Part shown: in pieces, positions 63,991 through 64,000 of the stretch | How positions within the stretch are numbered: position 1 is the first letter of the stretch | Layout of the letters: each line of letters starts with the position of its first letter | Source of the DNA: Mobula hypostoma | Taxonomy: Eukaryota | Direction of reading: 5' to 3' | Assembly (NCBI RefSeq): GCF_963921235.1 | Contig: NC_086118.1 | Location: forward strand, 26,166,001 to 26,230,000 | DNA length: 64,000 nucleotides | Translations under genes and position numbers: made by a program | Notes under the pieces: model-generated | The model's database searches: none | The model's input: the letters and a program-made list of their open reading frames with translations, nothing else | What the model was told of the DNA's origin: nothing

Positions 63991-64000
63991 CAACTTTTCG

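Noticed and set aside
55057..64000. Further upstream USP43 exons, including the catalytic Cys box
   Set aside because: None recognised by eye; probably outside the window, though a short exon could have been missed. Spliced alignment would settle it.
1..64000. CRISPR arrays, tRNA/rRNA genes, prokaryotic operons
   Set aside because: No regularly spaced repeat-spacer arrays; tRNA-like boxes belong to SINE heads; the sequence is eukaryotic and intron-containing.

Overview
Repeat-rich vertebrate genomic DNA; the mix of repeat families suggests a cartilaginous fish (inference). The only host gene recognised is the 3' part of USP43 (ubiquitin-specific peptidase 43) on the minus strand: seven GT-AG exons from 55056 down to the stop at 23282, in one frame of about 711 aa, covering the Zn-ribbon CxxC, the His box, the Asp box and a C-terminus ending ...SLGRKKPVPESSF. 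The rest is largely transposable elements: Penelope-like elements (PLE; RT thumb + GIY-YIG), CR1, Rex1/Babar-like and L1-clade LINE fragments, tRNA-type SINEs, Tc1 remnants, non-coding AAGATGG-headed retroelements and an internally deleted Gypsy element with both LTRs. The most notable signal is the PLE system. Its 3' repeat carries a minimal type I hammerhead ribozyme (two intact copies, many decayed). Several insertions, one as small as 155 bp, are inverted pairs bracketed by a single target-site duplication, with the terminal tail on one arm only. Repeat boundaries were read by eye and are approximate unless a TSD is given.
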